A stretch of 37,594 bases of DNA from a virus (taxonomy: Duplodnaviria; Caudoviricetes), in the IMG/VR virus record IMGVR_UViG_3300016474_000413, positions 1-37,594 of that record, one strand, 5' to 3'. A program made the translations under genes and the position numbers. Position 1 is the first letter of the stretch. Every line of letters begins with the position of its first letter. A model generated the notes under the pieces. That model was not told the origin of the DNA and ran no database searches. It saw only the letters and a list, made by a program, of their open reading frames with translations. Shown piece by piece: positions 15,434 through 24,055 of this stretch.

Positions 15434-16764
15434 GCCTGCTCGACCTCGACCCCGAGGTGCTGCGCCAGGCGATCATCGACGCCACCGACGAGCAGGCGGC
15501 GATCATCCTGGCCGGCCTGCGCGCCGAGCTCGCCGCACAGGACGACCGATACTTCCCCGGCGCCCGCACCAGCCAGCACCCACCCGACGGCGACTGGCGC
15601 ACGTGGCTCATCATGGCCGGCCGCGGCTTCGGCAAGACACGCATCGGTGCCGAGTGGGTCGTCGAGCAGGCGCTCACTGATCCCGGCCGCTACGCCGTGG
15701 CCGCCCCGACGTTCGGCGATGGGCGCGACATCTGCATCGAGGGCGAGTCGGGCGTGCTCGCCGTGCTGCGCCGGCGGCGGCCCGACTGGAACCTCGACCG
15801 CATGTGGAACCGCTCGCTCGGCGAGATGACCCTGCCCAACGGCGCCAAGCTCAAGGTCGGTTCAGCCGACGAGCCCGAGCGCTTCCGTGGGTGGAACTTC
15901 CGCGGGGCTTGGTGCGACGAGCTGGGCTCGTGGCGCCGACCCGACGCATGGACGCAGCTCCGCCTGGCCAACCGCCTCGGACGGGCGCTGACCGTGGTCA
16001 CCGGCACGCCCCGCCCGGTGAAGCTCATCAAGGACCTGAGCGCCAAAGAGGGCCGCGGCGTGGTCATCACCAGGGGCGGCACGTTCGAGAACGAGCGCAA
16101 CCTCTCGCCCGAGTTCCTCGAGGAGATGCGCGACACCTACGAGGGCACCCGCATCGGTCGCCAGGAGCTGTACGGCGAGCTGCTCACCGACACGCCGGGC
16201 GCACTGTGGACGCAGGCGCTCATCGACCCGCACCGGGCCACCCAGGTGCCGCCGCTGCGGCGCGTGGTGGTGGCGATCGACCCGGCGGTGACGGCGGGCG
16301 AGGAGAGCGACTCGACCGGCATCATCGCTGCCGGCGTCGGCCTCGACGGTCACCTGTACGTCCTGGCCGACCGCACCTGCCGCACTTCGCCCGAACGCTG
16401 GGCCCGCACCGCCGTCGACCTGTACGACGAGGTGGCGGCCGACCGGATCGTCGCCGAGGTCAACAACGGCGGCGACCTCGTCGAGTCGGTGCTGCGGACT
16501 GTCGACCCGGCGGTGCCGGTGCGCAAGGTGCACGCCAGCCGTGGCAAGCGCCTGCGCGCCGAGCCGGTGGCGGCGATGTACGAGCAGGGCAGGGTGCACC
16601 ACGTCGGCGACCTGTCGGCGCTCGAGGACCAGCTGACGACGTGGACCCCCGACAGCGACGGCTCACCCGACCGCCTCGACGCGCTCGTGTGGGCGCTGAC
16701 CGACCTGGCCATCGAGCCGAGCCACCGCCGCCGGCGCTCGATCGTGGACGTGACCGCGGCATGA
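15430..16764 (+). CDS. terL: Terminase large subunit (444 aa)
   Basis: Walker A GRGFGKT, Walker B AWCDE, motif III TGTP, nuclease residues IDPA and DRLDA. Confidence 0.96.
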   Translation: MSLLDLDPEVLRQAIIDATDEQAAIILAGLRAELAAQDDRYFPGARTSQHPPDGDWRTWLIMAGRGFGKTRIGAEWVVEQALTDPGRYAVAAPTFGDGRDICIEGESGVLAVLRRRRPDWNLDRMWNRSLGEMTLPNGAKLKVGSADEPERFRGWNFRGAWCDELGSWRRPDAWTQLRLANRLGRALTVVTGTPRPVKLIKDLSAKEGRGVVITRGGTFENERNLSPEFLEEMRDTYEGTRIGRQELYGELLTDTPGALWTQALIDPHRATQVPPLRRVVVAIDPAVTAGEESDSTGIIAAGVGLDGHLYVLADRTCRTSPERWARTAVDLYDEVAADRIVAEVNNGGDLVESVLRTVDPAVPVRKVHASRGKRLRAEPVAAMYEQGRVHHVGDLSALEDQLTTWTPDSDGSPDRLDALVWALTDLAIEPSHRRRRSIVDVTAA

Positions 16765-16765
16765 C

Positions 16766-16786
16766 TCAACACCGCACGGCCACGAT
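16766..16786 (+). promoter_or_regulatory. Late-promoter motif upstream of portal
   Basis: TCAACAC-N8-CACGAT in the short intergenic gap. Confidence 0.65.
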
Positions 16787-16795
16787 GGCACCACG

Positions 16796-19219
16796 ATGAG
16801 CGGCACCGAGATCATCCTCAGCGACGGCCAGCGAGTGCCGGTCAGGGACCGGCGCAGTGCCACGGTGCTCGACGTGCGTGACCCGCGCGGCGCCACCCAG
16901 CGGCTCGGCTTCCAGTCGCCGACGATGCCCCAGGTCGACGAGTGGAACGCTGAGCAGGCGTTCCGGCTCGGCTACGCCGCCAACGTCGTCGCGTACCGCT
17001 GCGTGCAGCTGCGTGCCCGTGCCGGTGCCCGAGTGCCGCTCGTGGCCGGTCGGCGCATGGGTGACGCCTCGACGATCAACGAGAACGCAGCGATCACCCG
17101 CCTGCTCGGCCCTGCCCCCGGTGGCCCAGCTCCCGGCCTCAGTGCCTACAAGCTGCTCAAGTGGACGTTCGCCCAGAAGATCGTCACCGGTCGCCGAGCG
17201 TGGGAGATCGAGACCGACGACAACGGCGTGCCGGTGGCGTTCTGGCCGCTCGCCGCGGCGCACCTGCGCGTGCACCCGTCGAAGGAAGGCAATGAGTGGT
17301 TCCGCCTGTTCGAGTACGGGTCGAACCACGACCCGGTGAAGTTCGCCCCCAAGGACGTGTTCTACGGGTGGGAGCCGTCGGGCGTGAACTTCCGCCAGGC
17401 CGAGAGCGAGCTGCAGGCCGCCCGCTACGACCTCTCGCTCGTCACGATGTGCGACCGGTACTCGCTCGGGTTCCTGCGCAACAACGCCGTGCCCGCCGCG
17501 GTCATCACGACGACCGCGTTCCCGAACGAAGCGGCGCGCCGCAAGTTCCTGCAGAACTGGTCGGCCGACTTCGCCGGGCCCGACAACGCCGGCCGGGTGG
17601 CGCTCAACGAGGTGGCCGACGACGGCGACGGCCCGGTGGGCGACTCGATCGACGTGAAGGTGCTCGGCCTCTCGGCCAAGGATGCACGCCTGGTCGAGCA
17701 GCGCCGCGACGTGATGACCGAGATCGCCATGGCGCTCGGCACCCCGTGGTCAAAGCTCGACGCCTCGGGCCGCACCTACGACAACGCCGAGGTCGAGGAC
17801 TACGACTGGTGGGAGAACACGATCCTGCCCGACCTGATCGACCTGCAGGACGACATCAACATGCAGCTCGCCCCGCGCCTGGGCGACGAGGTCGTGTGGT
17901 TCGACCTGCGCCAGGTGCGTGCCTTGCAGCGGCGCATCAAGCCGATCACGCAGGCCGTCGGTGCTCCGTCGCTGGTGCAGGCGCAGCTCATGAAGATCAA
18001 CGAGGCGCGCGCCGACTACGGCCTCGAACCCGTCGAGGACGGCGATCGGTTCATGTCGGCCGAGGAGATCGCCGCGCTGTCGGGCCAGCCCGACGCCACC
18101 GCCGCCCGCGCTGCCCTGGTCGAGATCGAGCAGCGCATGGCGGCGCTCGAGCAGCGCTCGACCGAGCCGACCGACGAGCGCACGAAGGCGTGCACGTGTG
18201 ACGCCCCGACCGGCACCGAGCGCAACCTTGACGGCGAGAAGGTGTGCGAGACGTGCGGCGGCCTGGCACGCACGACGCCCACCACCGAGCACCGAGCGAT
18301 CGACCCCGAGACGATGGAGGTGCGCAGGACGAAGATCTGGCGCGCCGCCGACGCCGTGGTGACCGGCCTCGAGACCCGCTGGCAGCGGTCGTGGCGCAAG
18401 ATGTTCGCCCGCCAGGAGCAGGCCGTGATCGACCGCCTGACCGGCAAGCGTGGCCGGCAGATGCTGGCCGAGGTGCGCGAGCCCGCCGACCCGATCGACG
18501 TCGAGCAGATCTTCACCCGCCAGTTCTGGGTCGAGGAGGCCAACGGCCTCGCCCTCGACCTGTACGAGGAGACCGCACAGGCCGGGCTCGCTCGCCTGTC
18601 GATGTCGTTCGGTGTGTCGTTCGACATCGAGGCGGCCTGGGTGCAGGACTTCATCGAGGCGCGGGCGAACCAGCTCGCCGGCCAGGTGACGCAGACGACG
18701 TACGACGCCATCCAGGCCGAGCTCGTCGCGGGTGTCGCGAACGGCGAGACGATCGAGGACCTCGCCGCCCGCATCCGCAAGGTGTTCACCCAGGCGTCGC
18801 AGACGCGTTCGGTCGTCATCGCTCGCACTGAGGTCATCTCGGCCTACAACGGCTCGGCCACCCTCGGCGCAGCCACGCTGCCCGCCGATGTCGTGGCCGC
18901 TCAGGAGTGGATCGCTACCCGTGACGGCCGCACGCGTTCGGCGCACGCCTCAGCCGACGGGCAGATCGTCGCCGTGGGCGCAGCGTTCGATGTTGGCGGC
19001 GACGCCTTGGCCTACCCCGGCGACCCTGCCGGGCGGGCCAAGAACACGGTGCAGTGCCGCTGCACGGTGGCGTTCCTGACCCCCGACGACCTGGCCGAGA
19101 TGGAGCGGTCGAAGCCGTCGACCGTCGACCACCGTGCCGCCAAGCTCGCCGTGCGCCTCGTGAGTGAGGGCGAGTTCGACGAGCTGCGGTTCCGCCGAGC
19201 ATTGGAGAGTGCAGCATGA
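16796..19219 (+). CDS. Portal protein fused to a MuF (gpF-like) minor head domain (807 aa)
   Basis: HK97-type portal features (FLRNNAVPAAVI, IAMALGTP, MKINEARADYGLEPVEDGD) followed by MuF motifs (IARTE, WIATRDGRTRSAH..DGQ, PGDP, QCRC). Confidence 0.88.
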   Translation: MSGTEIILSDGQRVPVRDRRSATVLDVRDPRGATQRLGFQSPTMPQVDEWNAEQAFRLGYAANVVAYRCVQLRARAGARVPLVAGRRMGDASTINENAAITRLLGPAPGGPAPGLSAYKLLKWTFAQKIVTGRRAWEIETDDNGVPVAFWPLAAAHLRVHPSKEGNEWFRLFEYGSNHDPVKFAPKDVFYGWEPSGVNFRQAESELQAARYDLSLVTMCDRYSLGFLRNNAVPAAVITTTAFPNEAARRKFLQNWSADFAGPDNAGRVALNEVADDGDGPVGDSIDVKVLGLSAKDARLVEQRRDVMTEIAMALGTPWSKLDASGRTYDNAEVEDYDWWENTILPDLIDLQDDINMQLAPRLGDEVVWFDLRQVRALQRRIKPITQAVGAPSLVQAQLMKINEARADYGLEPVEDGDRFMSAEEIAALSGQPDATAARAALVEIEQRMAALEQRSTEPTDERTKACTCDAPTGTERNLDGEKVCETCGGLARTTPTTEHRAIDPETMEVRRTKIWRAADAVVTGLETRWQRSWRKMFARQEQAVIDRLTGKRGRQMLAEVREPADPIDVEQIFTRQFWVEEANGLALDLYEETAQAGLARLSMSFGVSFDIEAAWVQDFIEARANQLAGQVTQTTYDAIQAELVAGVANGETIEDLAARIRKVFTQASQTRSVVIARTEVISAYNGSATLGAATLPADVVAAQEWIATRDGRTRSAHASADGQIVAVGAAFDVGGDALAYPGDPAGRAKNTVQCRCTVAFLTPDDLAEMERSKPSTVDHRAAKLAVRLVSEGEFDELRFRRALESAA

Positions 19220-19962
19220 TCGAGCGCCGAATCTTCCGCGGTGAGTTCCGCGACGTGCCAGGCAGCAAGGGCCGCCAGAAGTGGGCCACTGCCGTCACGT
19301 ACAACACCGTCGACAGCTACGGCACGACCTGGGTGCCGGGCGTGTTCGACGAGGCGCTCGCCGAGCGCATGCCGACGATCCTCTACGGCCACGACTGGTA
19401 CAACCTCGAGCACGTGCTCGGCTCCGGCATCGACTACCGCCAGACGCCCGATGACGTCGGCCCCCCTGGTGTCGATGTGCTGATGGAGTTCGCCGAGGAC
19501 GTCCCGGCCGCCGACCTGGCGGTGCGTCTGCTCGCCCCGAACGCCACCAGCAAGGGGCCAGTGCTGCGCGACGTGTCGGTCGGCTTCGACCGCTACGAGT
19601 GGGTCACCCGTGAGGGGCTGACGCCCGAGCAGCTGCAAGCCGGCGCCACCGAGGCGATGGTGCGGGCGGGCATGGACGAGTTGAGCCTTGTCGTGCGCGG
19701 TGCTGTCCCTGGCGCGCAGGTGCGTGGTCGCCGTGGTGCCCTCGACCTCGAGGCCGTCGTGGAGATCGCCAAGCGGCGCGCGGCAGGGGAGCTCAGCGAT
19801 GCCGAAGCACAGGCGGCGCTCGACCTCCTGGCCGGCGCCGAGCCGCCTGCGGGCGATCCCCCGGCGGGTGACCCTCCCGCCGACGAGCCCCACGTCGACG
19901 AGCTACTCGACGCCGAGCTCGACGCCGCTCTCGACGTGGCGTTGGGGCGCAGCCGTCACTGA
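19216..19962 (+). CDS. Prohead maturation protease, HK97 type (248 aa)
   Basis: YNTVDSYG, LYGHDW (catalytic His), VSVGF (catalytic Ser), ELSLV. Confidence 0.85.
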   Translation: MIERRIFRGEFRDVPGSKGRQKWATAVTYNTVDSYGTTWVPGVFDEALAERMPTILYGHDWYNLEHVLGSGIDYRQTPDDVGPPGVDVLMEFAEDVPAADLAVRLLAPNATSKGPVLRDVSVGFDRYEWVTREGLTPEQLQAGATEAMVRAGMDELSLVVRGAVPGAQVRGRRGALDLEAVVEIAKRRAAGELSDAEAQAALDLLAGAEPPAGDPPAGDPPADEPHVDELLDAELDAALDVALGRSRH

Positions 19963-19967
19963 GGGCC

Positions 19968-20005
19968 ATTGACGTCGTGCACGGTTGTGCAGTATCGTGC
20001 ACAAC
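19968..20005 (+). promoter_or_regulatory. Second copy of the Cro-type promoter/operator
   Basis: TTGACG (19969)-N18-TATCGT (19993)-N7-GTG; ATTGACGTCGTGCAC is identical to 6757-6771; TGCA cores at 19978, 19988 and 19998. Confidence 0.88.
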
Positions 20006-20407
20006 GTGACAGCAACAGCAATGCCCGACGCCATTGGCGAGGGCCGCTTCACCTTCGACGGTGAAGGGAACATCATCGCAGTGTTCGCCGGGTGGCGCCC
20101 GTTCACCCACTACCGCATCTCGGGCGACGACATGCTCGAGGCGGCCCGCCGGTTCTGGGCGATGCACGCCAAGTGCGCACGGCTGACCGAGCTCGCCGCC
20201 CGCTTCGACGAGGAGGCCGACGACACGGCCCGCATTGCCGTCGAGCGGTGGGAGGAGCTGCGCGAGTGGCGCGACGTGGCCGCCGGGCTGGTCTCCATGA
20301 TCGACGAGCTGTGCGACGAGTGGCCCGAGGACTGCGACCGACCCAACACTCGTGACGCCCTCTGGGCGTACAACGACCTGGTGGCCAAGACGGCGGTGGC
20401 GTCGTGA
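20006..20407 (+). CDS. Hypothetical helical protein (133 aa), probably leaderless
   Basis: GTG 7 nt after the -10 element; typical codon usage. Confidence 0.75.
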   Translation: MTATAMPDAIGEGRFTFDGEGNIIAVFAGWRPFTHYRISGDDMLEAARRFWAMHAKCARLTELAARFDEEADDTARIAVERWEELREWRDVAAGLVSMIDELCDEWPEDCDRPNTRDALWAYNDLVAKTAVAS

Positions 20408-20529
20408 ACGCCCCGATCGACCGCACCCACGAGGAGTCGGTGCAGGCCGTGGCGGCGATCCGTCGCTGGGTGCTCACCGCCCGCGCTCGTGTCGCCCGCT
20501 GGGAACCGCGCCCGGCGCCGCAGCGATGA
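20404..20529 (+). CDS. Small hypothetical protein (41 aa)
   Basis: VNAPIDRTHEESVQAVAAIRRW...; 4-nt overlaps at both ends. Confidence 0.55.
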   Translation: MNAPIDRTHEESVQAVAAIRRWVLTARARVARWEPRPAPQR

Positions 20530-20663
20530 ACCGCCACCACCTCCGCCGCACCGCGCTGGTGCTGCTCACCTTGTTCCTGGCCGGCTGCGCCGCCGCGTTC
20601 GCAGCTGCCAACACATCGACCGGGCCGACACCGGCCACCACCTCGATCGGGGTGACGCCGTGA
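20526..20663 (+). CDS. Small secreted or lipoprotein-like peptide (45 aa)
   Basis: Basic N-terminus, hydrophobic core and LAGC lipobox-like motif. Confidence 0.55.
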   Translation: MNRHHLRRTALVLLTLFLAGCAAAFAAANTSTGPTPATTSIGVTP

Positions 20664-20761
20664 ACCTGCGACGCCTTTTCGTCCGCTGCCTCGCGTGCTC
20701 GATCTACGAGGCCGCCATGTTCGCACTGCTCCCCGTACCCGCCCTCGGGTGGATCCGATGA
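20660..20761 (+). CDS. Small hydrophobic peptide (33 aa)
   Basis: 4-nt overlaps at both ends. Confidence 0.45.
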   Translation: MNLRRLFVRCLACSIYEAAMFALLPVPALGWIR

Positions 20762-20877
20762 GCGCACTGCGTGACCTCTCCGACGAGGTGGTGCACCTCG
20801 CGCTCGCCGGTGGGCTCATCGTGCTCGCCGTCGCGTTCTTCCTGCACGTCGCGTTCCACGAACGAGGCCCCCGATGA
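20758..20877 (+). CDS. Single-TM peptide (39 aa)
   Basis: VVHLALAGGLIVLAVAFFLHVAF; ATGA overlaps. Confidence 0.55.
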   Translation: MSALRDLSDEVVHLALAGGLIVLAVAFFLHVAFHERGPR

Positions 20878-21959
20878 GCGCCCCGCTCATCAAGGTGTAC
20901 CCGGCCGACCTCGGCGGCTGCGGGCACTACCGAACGATCTGGCCCGGCGACGAGCTCGAGCGTCAGGGTGCATCGGTACAGGTGGTCATGCCCACCGCTC
21001 CCGACGCCGAGCAGATCCAGGCGTTGTGGCAGGGTGCCGACACCGACGACCGCCGGCTGATCGACGTCGCCCACCCCGAGGCCGACGTCGTCGTACTGCA
21101 GCGCCCGCTCACCGACACGCTCGCCGGGGCCGTCCCGATCCTGCAGGCCAAGGGCGTGCGGGTGGTGGTCGAGATCGACGACGACTTCGAGGCCATCTCG
21201 CCGCGCAACGTGTCGTGGGCGAGTGTCGACCCCGCCAAGCACCCGCGGCGCAACCGCGACCACCTGCGCCGAGCGTGCGAGGCCGCCGACATGGTCGTGT
21301 GCTCGACGCCTGCCCTGGCGGCGCGCTACGGCAAGCACGGCCGTGTGCGCATCGTGCGCAACCGCGTGCCGCGCTGGTACCTGGCGGTCGAGCGCGACGA
21401 GCACGAGGGCGTGTTCGTCGGCTGGTCGGGCTCGCTCGAGACGCACCCCGATGACCTGCAGGTGACCGGTGGGGGAGTGGCCCGTGCCGTGACGATGACC
21501 GGCGCCACGTTCGCCGTGATCGGCACCGGCCGCGGCGTGCAGCGTGCGCTCGGCCTGTCGTCGCCGCCACCGGCGTGCGGGTGGGTGCCGCTGGGCAAGT
21601 ACCCGTACGCCCTGGCGCAGCTCGACGTCGGCATCGTGCCGCTCGAACTGACCCCGTTCAACCAGGCCAAGAGCGCGCTGAAGATGATGGAGATGGCCGC
21701 GCTCGGCGTCGTGCCGGTCGTGTCGCCCACCGACGAGAACGCCCGCATGACCAAGCTCGGCGTCGGGATGACAGCCGGCAACCCGCGGGTGTGGTCGGGC
21801 CTCATCAAGGGCCTGGTGAACGACCCCGACCTGCGCGCCGGTTTCGCCGCCCGCAGCCGGGAGGCGATGCGGGCGCACACCATCGAAGGTCACGCCGAGG
21901 AGTGGTTCGACGCCTGGGCCTCGGCAGTCAACACCCGAGCGAAAGGCTCCTCATCGTGA
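20874..21959 (+). CDS. Glycosyltransferase, GT-B fold (361 aa)
   Basis: GCGHYR, VVVEIDDDF, VCSTPALA, VGWSGS..H..DL, DVGIVPL...FNQAKSALKMME.AALG.P.V.SP motifs. Confidence 0.9.
   Translation: MSAPLIKVYPADLGGCGHYRTIWPGDELERQGASVQVVMPTAPDAEQIQALWQGADTDDRRLIDVAHPEADVVVLQRPLTDTLAGAVPILQAKGVRVVVEIDDDFEAISPRNVSWASVDPAKHPRRNRDHLRRACEAADMVVCSTPALAARYGKHGRVRIVRNRVPRWYLAVERDEHEGVFVGWSGSLETHPDDLQVTGGGVARAVTMTGATFAVIGTGRGVQRALGLSSPPPACGWVPLGKYPYALAQLDVGIVPLELTPFNQAKSALKMMEMAALGVVPVVSPTDENARMTKLGVGMTAGNPRVWSGLIKGLVNDPDLRAGFAARSREAMRAHTIEGHAEEWFDAWASAVNTRAKGSSS
21928..21948 (+). promoter_or_regulatory. Late-promoter motif before the endonuclease VII gene and downstream glycan genes
   Basis: TCAACAC-N8-AAGGCT-N7-GTG. 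Confidence 0.5.
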
Positions 21960-22438
21960 CAGCAGCCAAGCCGTGCACTCGGTGTCGTCAGGTGCGACCC
22001 CTCGCAGACTTCAGCCTCGACCGGAGGCGGAAGGACGGACGCAATCGTTACTGCCGCGACTGCGTGAACGCCGAACACCGCACCCCTGAGTTTCGTGCTC
22101 GGCAGCGCGCACGCCATGCCGCGAAGCTGGCGGCCGACCCGGACTATCGGCGACGTCGAGATCTCCGGGTTCGATACGGCATCACGCTGGAGACCTATCA
22201 GGCGATGCTCGCAGCGCAGGGTGGCGGGTGTGCGATCTGCGGTGCGACCGACGATGGTCGAGGCAAGGCACTCCACGTCGACCACGACCACGCCTGCTGT
22301 TCGGGTCGAACCAGCTGCGGCGCATGCGTTCGTGCGCTGCTCTGCTCGCCATGCAACACCGCCGTCGGCTGGTTCGAGGCCCGCGGCGTCGACTGGTGGC
22401 GATCCGTCGCTGCGTTCACCGAAGGAGTGAGGACATGA
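21956..22438 (+). CDS. Endonuclease VII-like (His-Me finger) nuclease (160 aa)
   Basis: CTRC/CRDC; RYGITLETY..M...QGG.CAIC; LHVDHDH; VRALLCSPCN. Confidence 0.9.
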   Translation: MTAAKPCTRCRQVRPLADFSLDRRRKDGRNRYCRDCVNAEHRTPEFRARQRARHAAKLAADPDYRRRRDLRVRYGITLETYQAMLAAQGGGCAICGATDDGRGKALHVDHDHACCSGRTSCGACVRALLCSPCNTAVGWFEARGVDWWRSVAAFTEGVRT

Positions 22439-23145
22439 GGAAGATCGTGGTCGGCACGACGTTGCCGACGATGGCGATGGGGGACGTCGATGCGTGGTCG
22501 TCCTGGTTGAAGCACGCTGAGCGGCAACGCCTGATGGCCGCCGAGCTCGGCTACCAGCTGCGTCATTTCGCGGCGATCCAGACCGATGCCCGCGGCATGG
22601 AGCCGTTTTGGCCGCTGCTGGACCGTCTAGCCGAGCTCGGCGGCGAGCACTGGACCTACACGCTCGACGACGGCCGAACGTCGATCACCATGACTGGACG
22701 CTGGCGGCACATCACGTTCGGTCAGAACGTCGTCACCGAGTTCTGCCAGAGCGACCCCGACGTCGAGTGGCTGCTCTTCCTGGCCGCCGACTGCGCCGCC
22801 CCGAGCGACATCGTGCCGCGGATGCTGGAGATGAACCACCCGCTCGTCGCCCCGTACATCTCGACCTATGGCCTGCGTGGCCCGGCCGTGGCCGGCTACG
22901 ACTTCCCGGTCGAGGAGTGCATGGCGTCGGCGGCGGCGATGTTCATCCACCGCTCGGTGTTCCGCTCGATCCGGTGGCGCTGGGACCTCGACACCGGCAT
23001 GAGCGACGACCCGTGCTACCACCACGACGCACGCACGCTGCTCGGCATCGAGACGCGCGTGCGCATGGACGTGCTCGCCCGGCACTACCCCGAGGCCGTG
23101 GGCGACTACGAGAGCCGCGGCTACGACACGGCGGTCGTGCGATGA
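22435..23145 (+). CDS. Glycosyltransferase, GT-A/GT2-like (236 aa)
   Basis: GQN..., WLLFLAADC (degenerate DxD), AMFIHRSVF, SDDPCY, late His motif. Confidence 0.65.
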   Translation: MRKIVVGTTLPTMAMGDVDAWSSWLKHAERQRLMAAELGYQLRHFAAIQTDARGMEPFWPLLDRLAELGGEHWTYTLDDGRTSITMTGRWRHITFGQNVVTEFCQSDPDVEWLLFLAADCAAPSDIVPRMLEMNHPLVAPYISTYGLRGPAVAGYDFPVEECMASAAAMFIHRSVFRSIRWRWDLDTGMSDDPCYHHDARTLLGIETRVRMDVLARHYPEAVGDYESRGYDTAVVR

Positions 23146-23492
23146 GCTGCGAGATCGTCTACGTCGTGGCACACCCGTACGCCGCCGATGCAATCGAGGG
23201 CGTGTTCTTCGTGTCGCGACAGTTAGCCGACGACGCTGCGGCCGAGGTGAACGGAACCGTCATCACGCTCACGCGACACCGGTTCGACCGCGACGAGCAG
23301 CTCGTCGAGTCACTTCCTGAGCTCAAGCCACTTCCCGAGCTCGAGCCGTTCGGCGAGCTCGTGGCCGTGGACGAGCCGCGAGTCACCTTGCACGTCGACG
23401 CCGCCGAGGTGTTGCAGCAGTGCGCCAGTCGCGACAACGCCGTCGACTTCATCGGGAAGGTGCTCGGCCTGGCCAAGAGGAGCGAACCGTGA
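23142..23492 (+). CDS. Hypothetical protein (116 aa)
   Basis: ATGA/GTGA-coupled; contains an LPELKPLPELEP duplication. Confidence 0.6.
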   Translation: MSCEIVYVVAHPYAADAIEGVFFVSRQLADDAAAEVNGTVITLTRHRFDRDEQLVESLPELKPLPELEPFGELVAVDEPRVTLHVDAAEVLQQCASRDNAVDFIGKVLGLAKRSEP

Positions 23493-24055
23493 CCGTCAAG
23501 CGTCTGCGCCCCATGCCCACGGCCGAGGAGATGGCCGCGATGTACCCCGCGCCGCACGACCACCGCATCTATGGCCGCGGGCACCACGAGCGCGTCGAGG
23601 CCACCGTGGCGCTCGCCGTGCAGCAGATCGCCGACGCCGAGCGGCAGATCGTGGCCGACCTGTCGTGTGGCAACGGCGACATCGCCCGCCGCATCGCCAC
23701 CTCGCCCGCCGTGCACCTGGGCGACTTCGCCGCCGGCTGGGAGTACCACGGCCCGCTCGAGGAGACGCTCGACCTGATCCCGCTCGTCGACGTGTACGTG
23801 TGCAGCGAGACGATCGAGCACCTCGACGACCCGTTCGACGTGCTGCTCAAGATCCGCCACCAGGCCGAGCGCCTCGTGTTGTCCACCCCGATCGGATGCT
23901 GGGATGACGCCAACGGCGAGCACCTCTGGGCGTGGGACCGAGAGGGCGTCGAGCAGCTGCTCGACTCGGCCGGCTGGTCGCCGTGGGCGTTCACGAACGT
24001 CGACTCGACGGCCTACGGCGAGCCCTACAACTACGGCATCTGGGTGGCAGTGTGA
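23489..24055 (+). CDS. Class I SAM-dependent methyltransferase (188 aa)
   Basis: VADLSCGNG motif I, CSETIEHLDDP, LVLSTP; no DNA-MTase NPPY/DPPY/PC motif. Confidence 0.88.
   Translation: MTVKRLRPMPTAEEMAAMYPAPHDHRIYGRGHHERVEATVALAVQQIADAERQIVADLSCGNGDIARRIATSPAVHLGDFAAGWEYHGPLEETLDLIPLVDVYVCSETIEHLDDPFDVLLKIRHQAERLVLSTPIGCWDDANGEHLWAWDREGVEQLLDSAGWSPWAFTNVDSTAYGEPYNYGIWVAV

Noticed and set aside
20103-21893. Long minus-strand ORFs (also 7831-9420, 25750-26943, 33498-35189)
   Set aside because: Antisense shadows expected in high-GC coding DNA; no motifs or start signals.
23489-24055. DNA methyltransferase
   Set aside because: No NPPY/DPPY or PC catalytic motif; the EHLDDP signature and context suggest a small-molecule or sugar methyltransferase.
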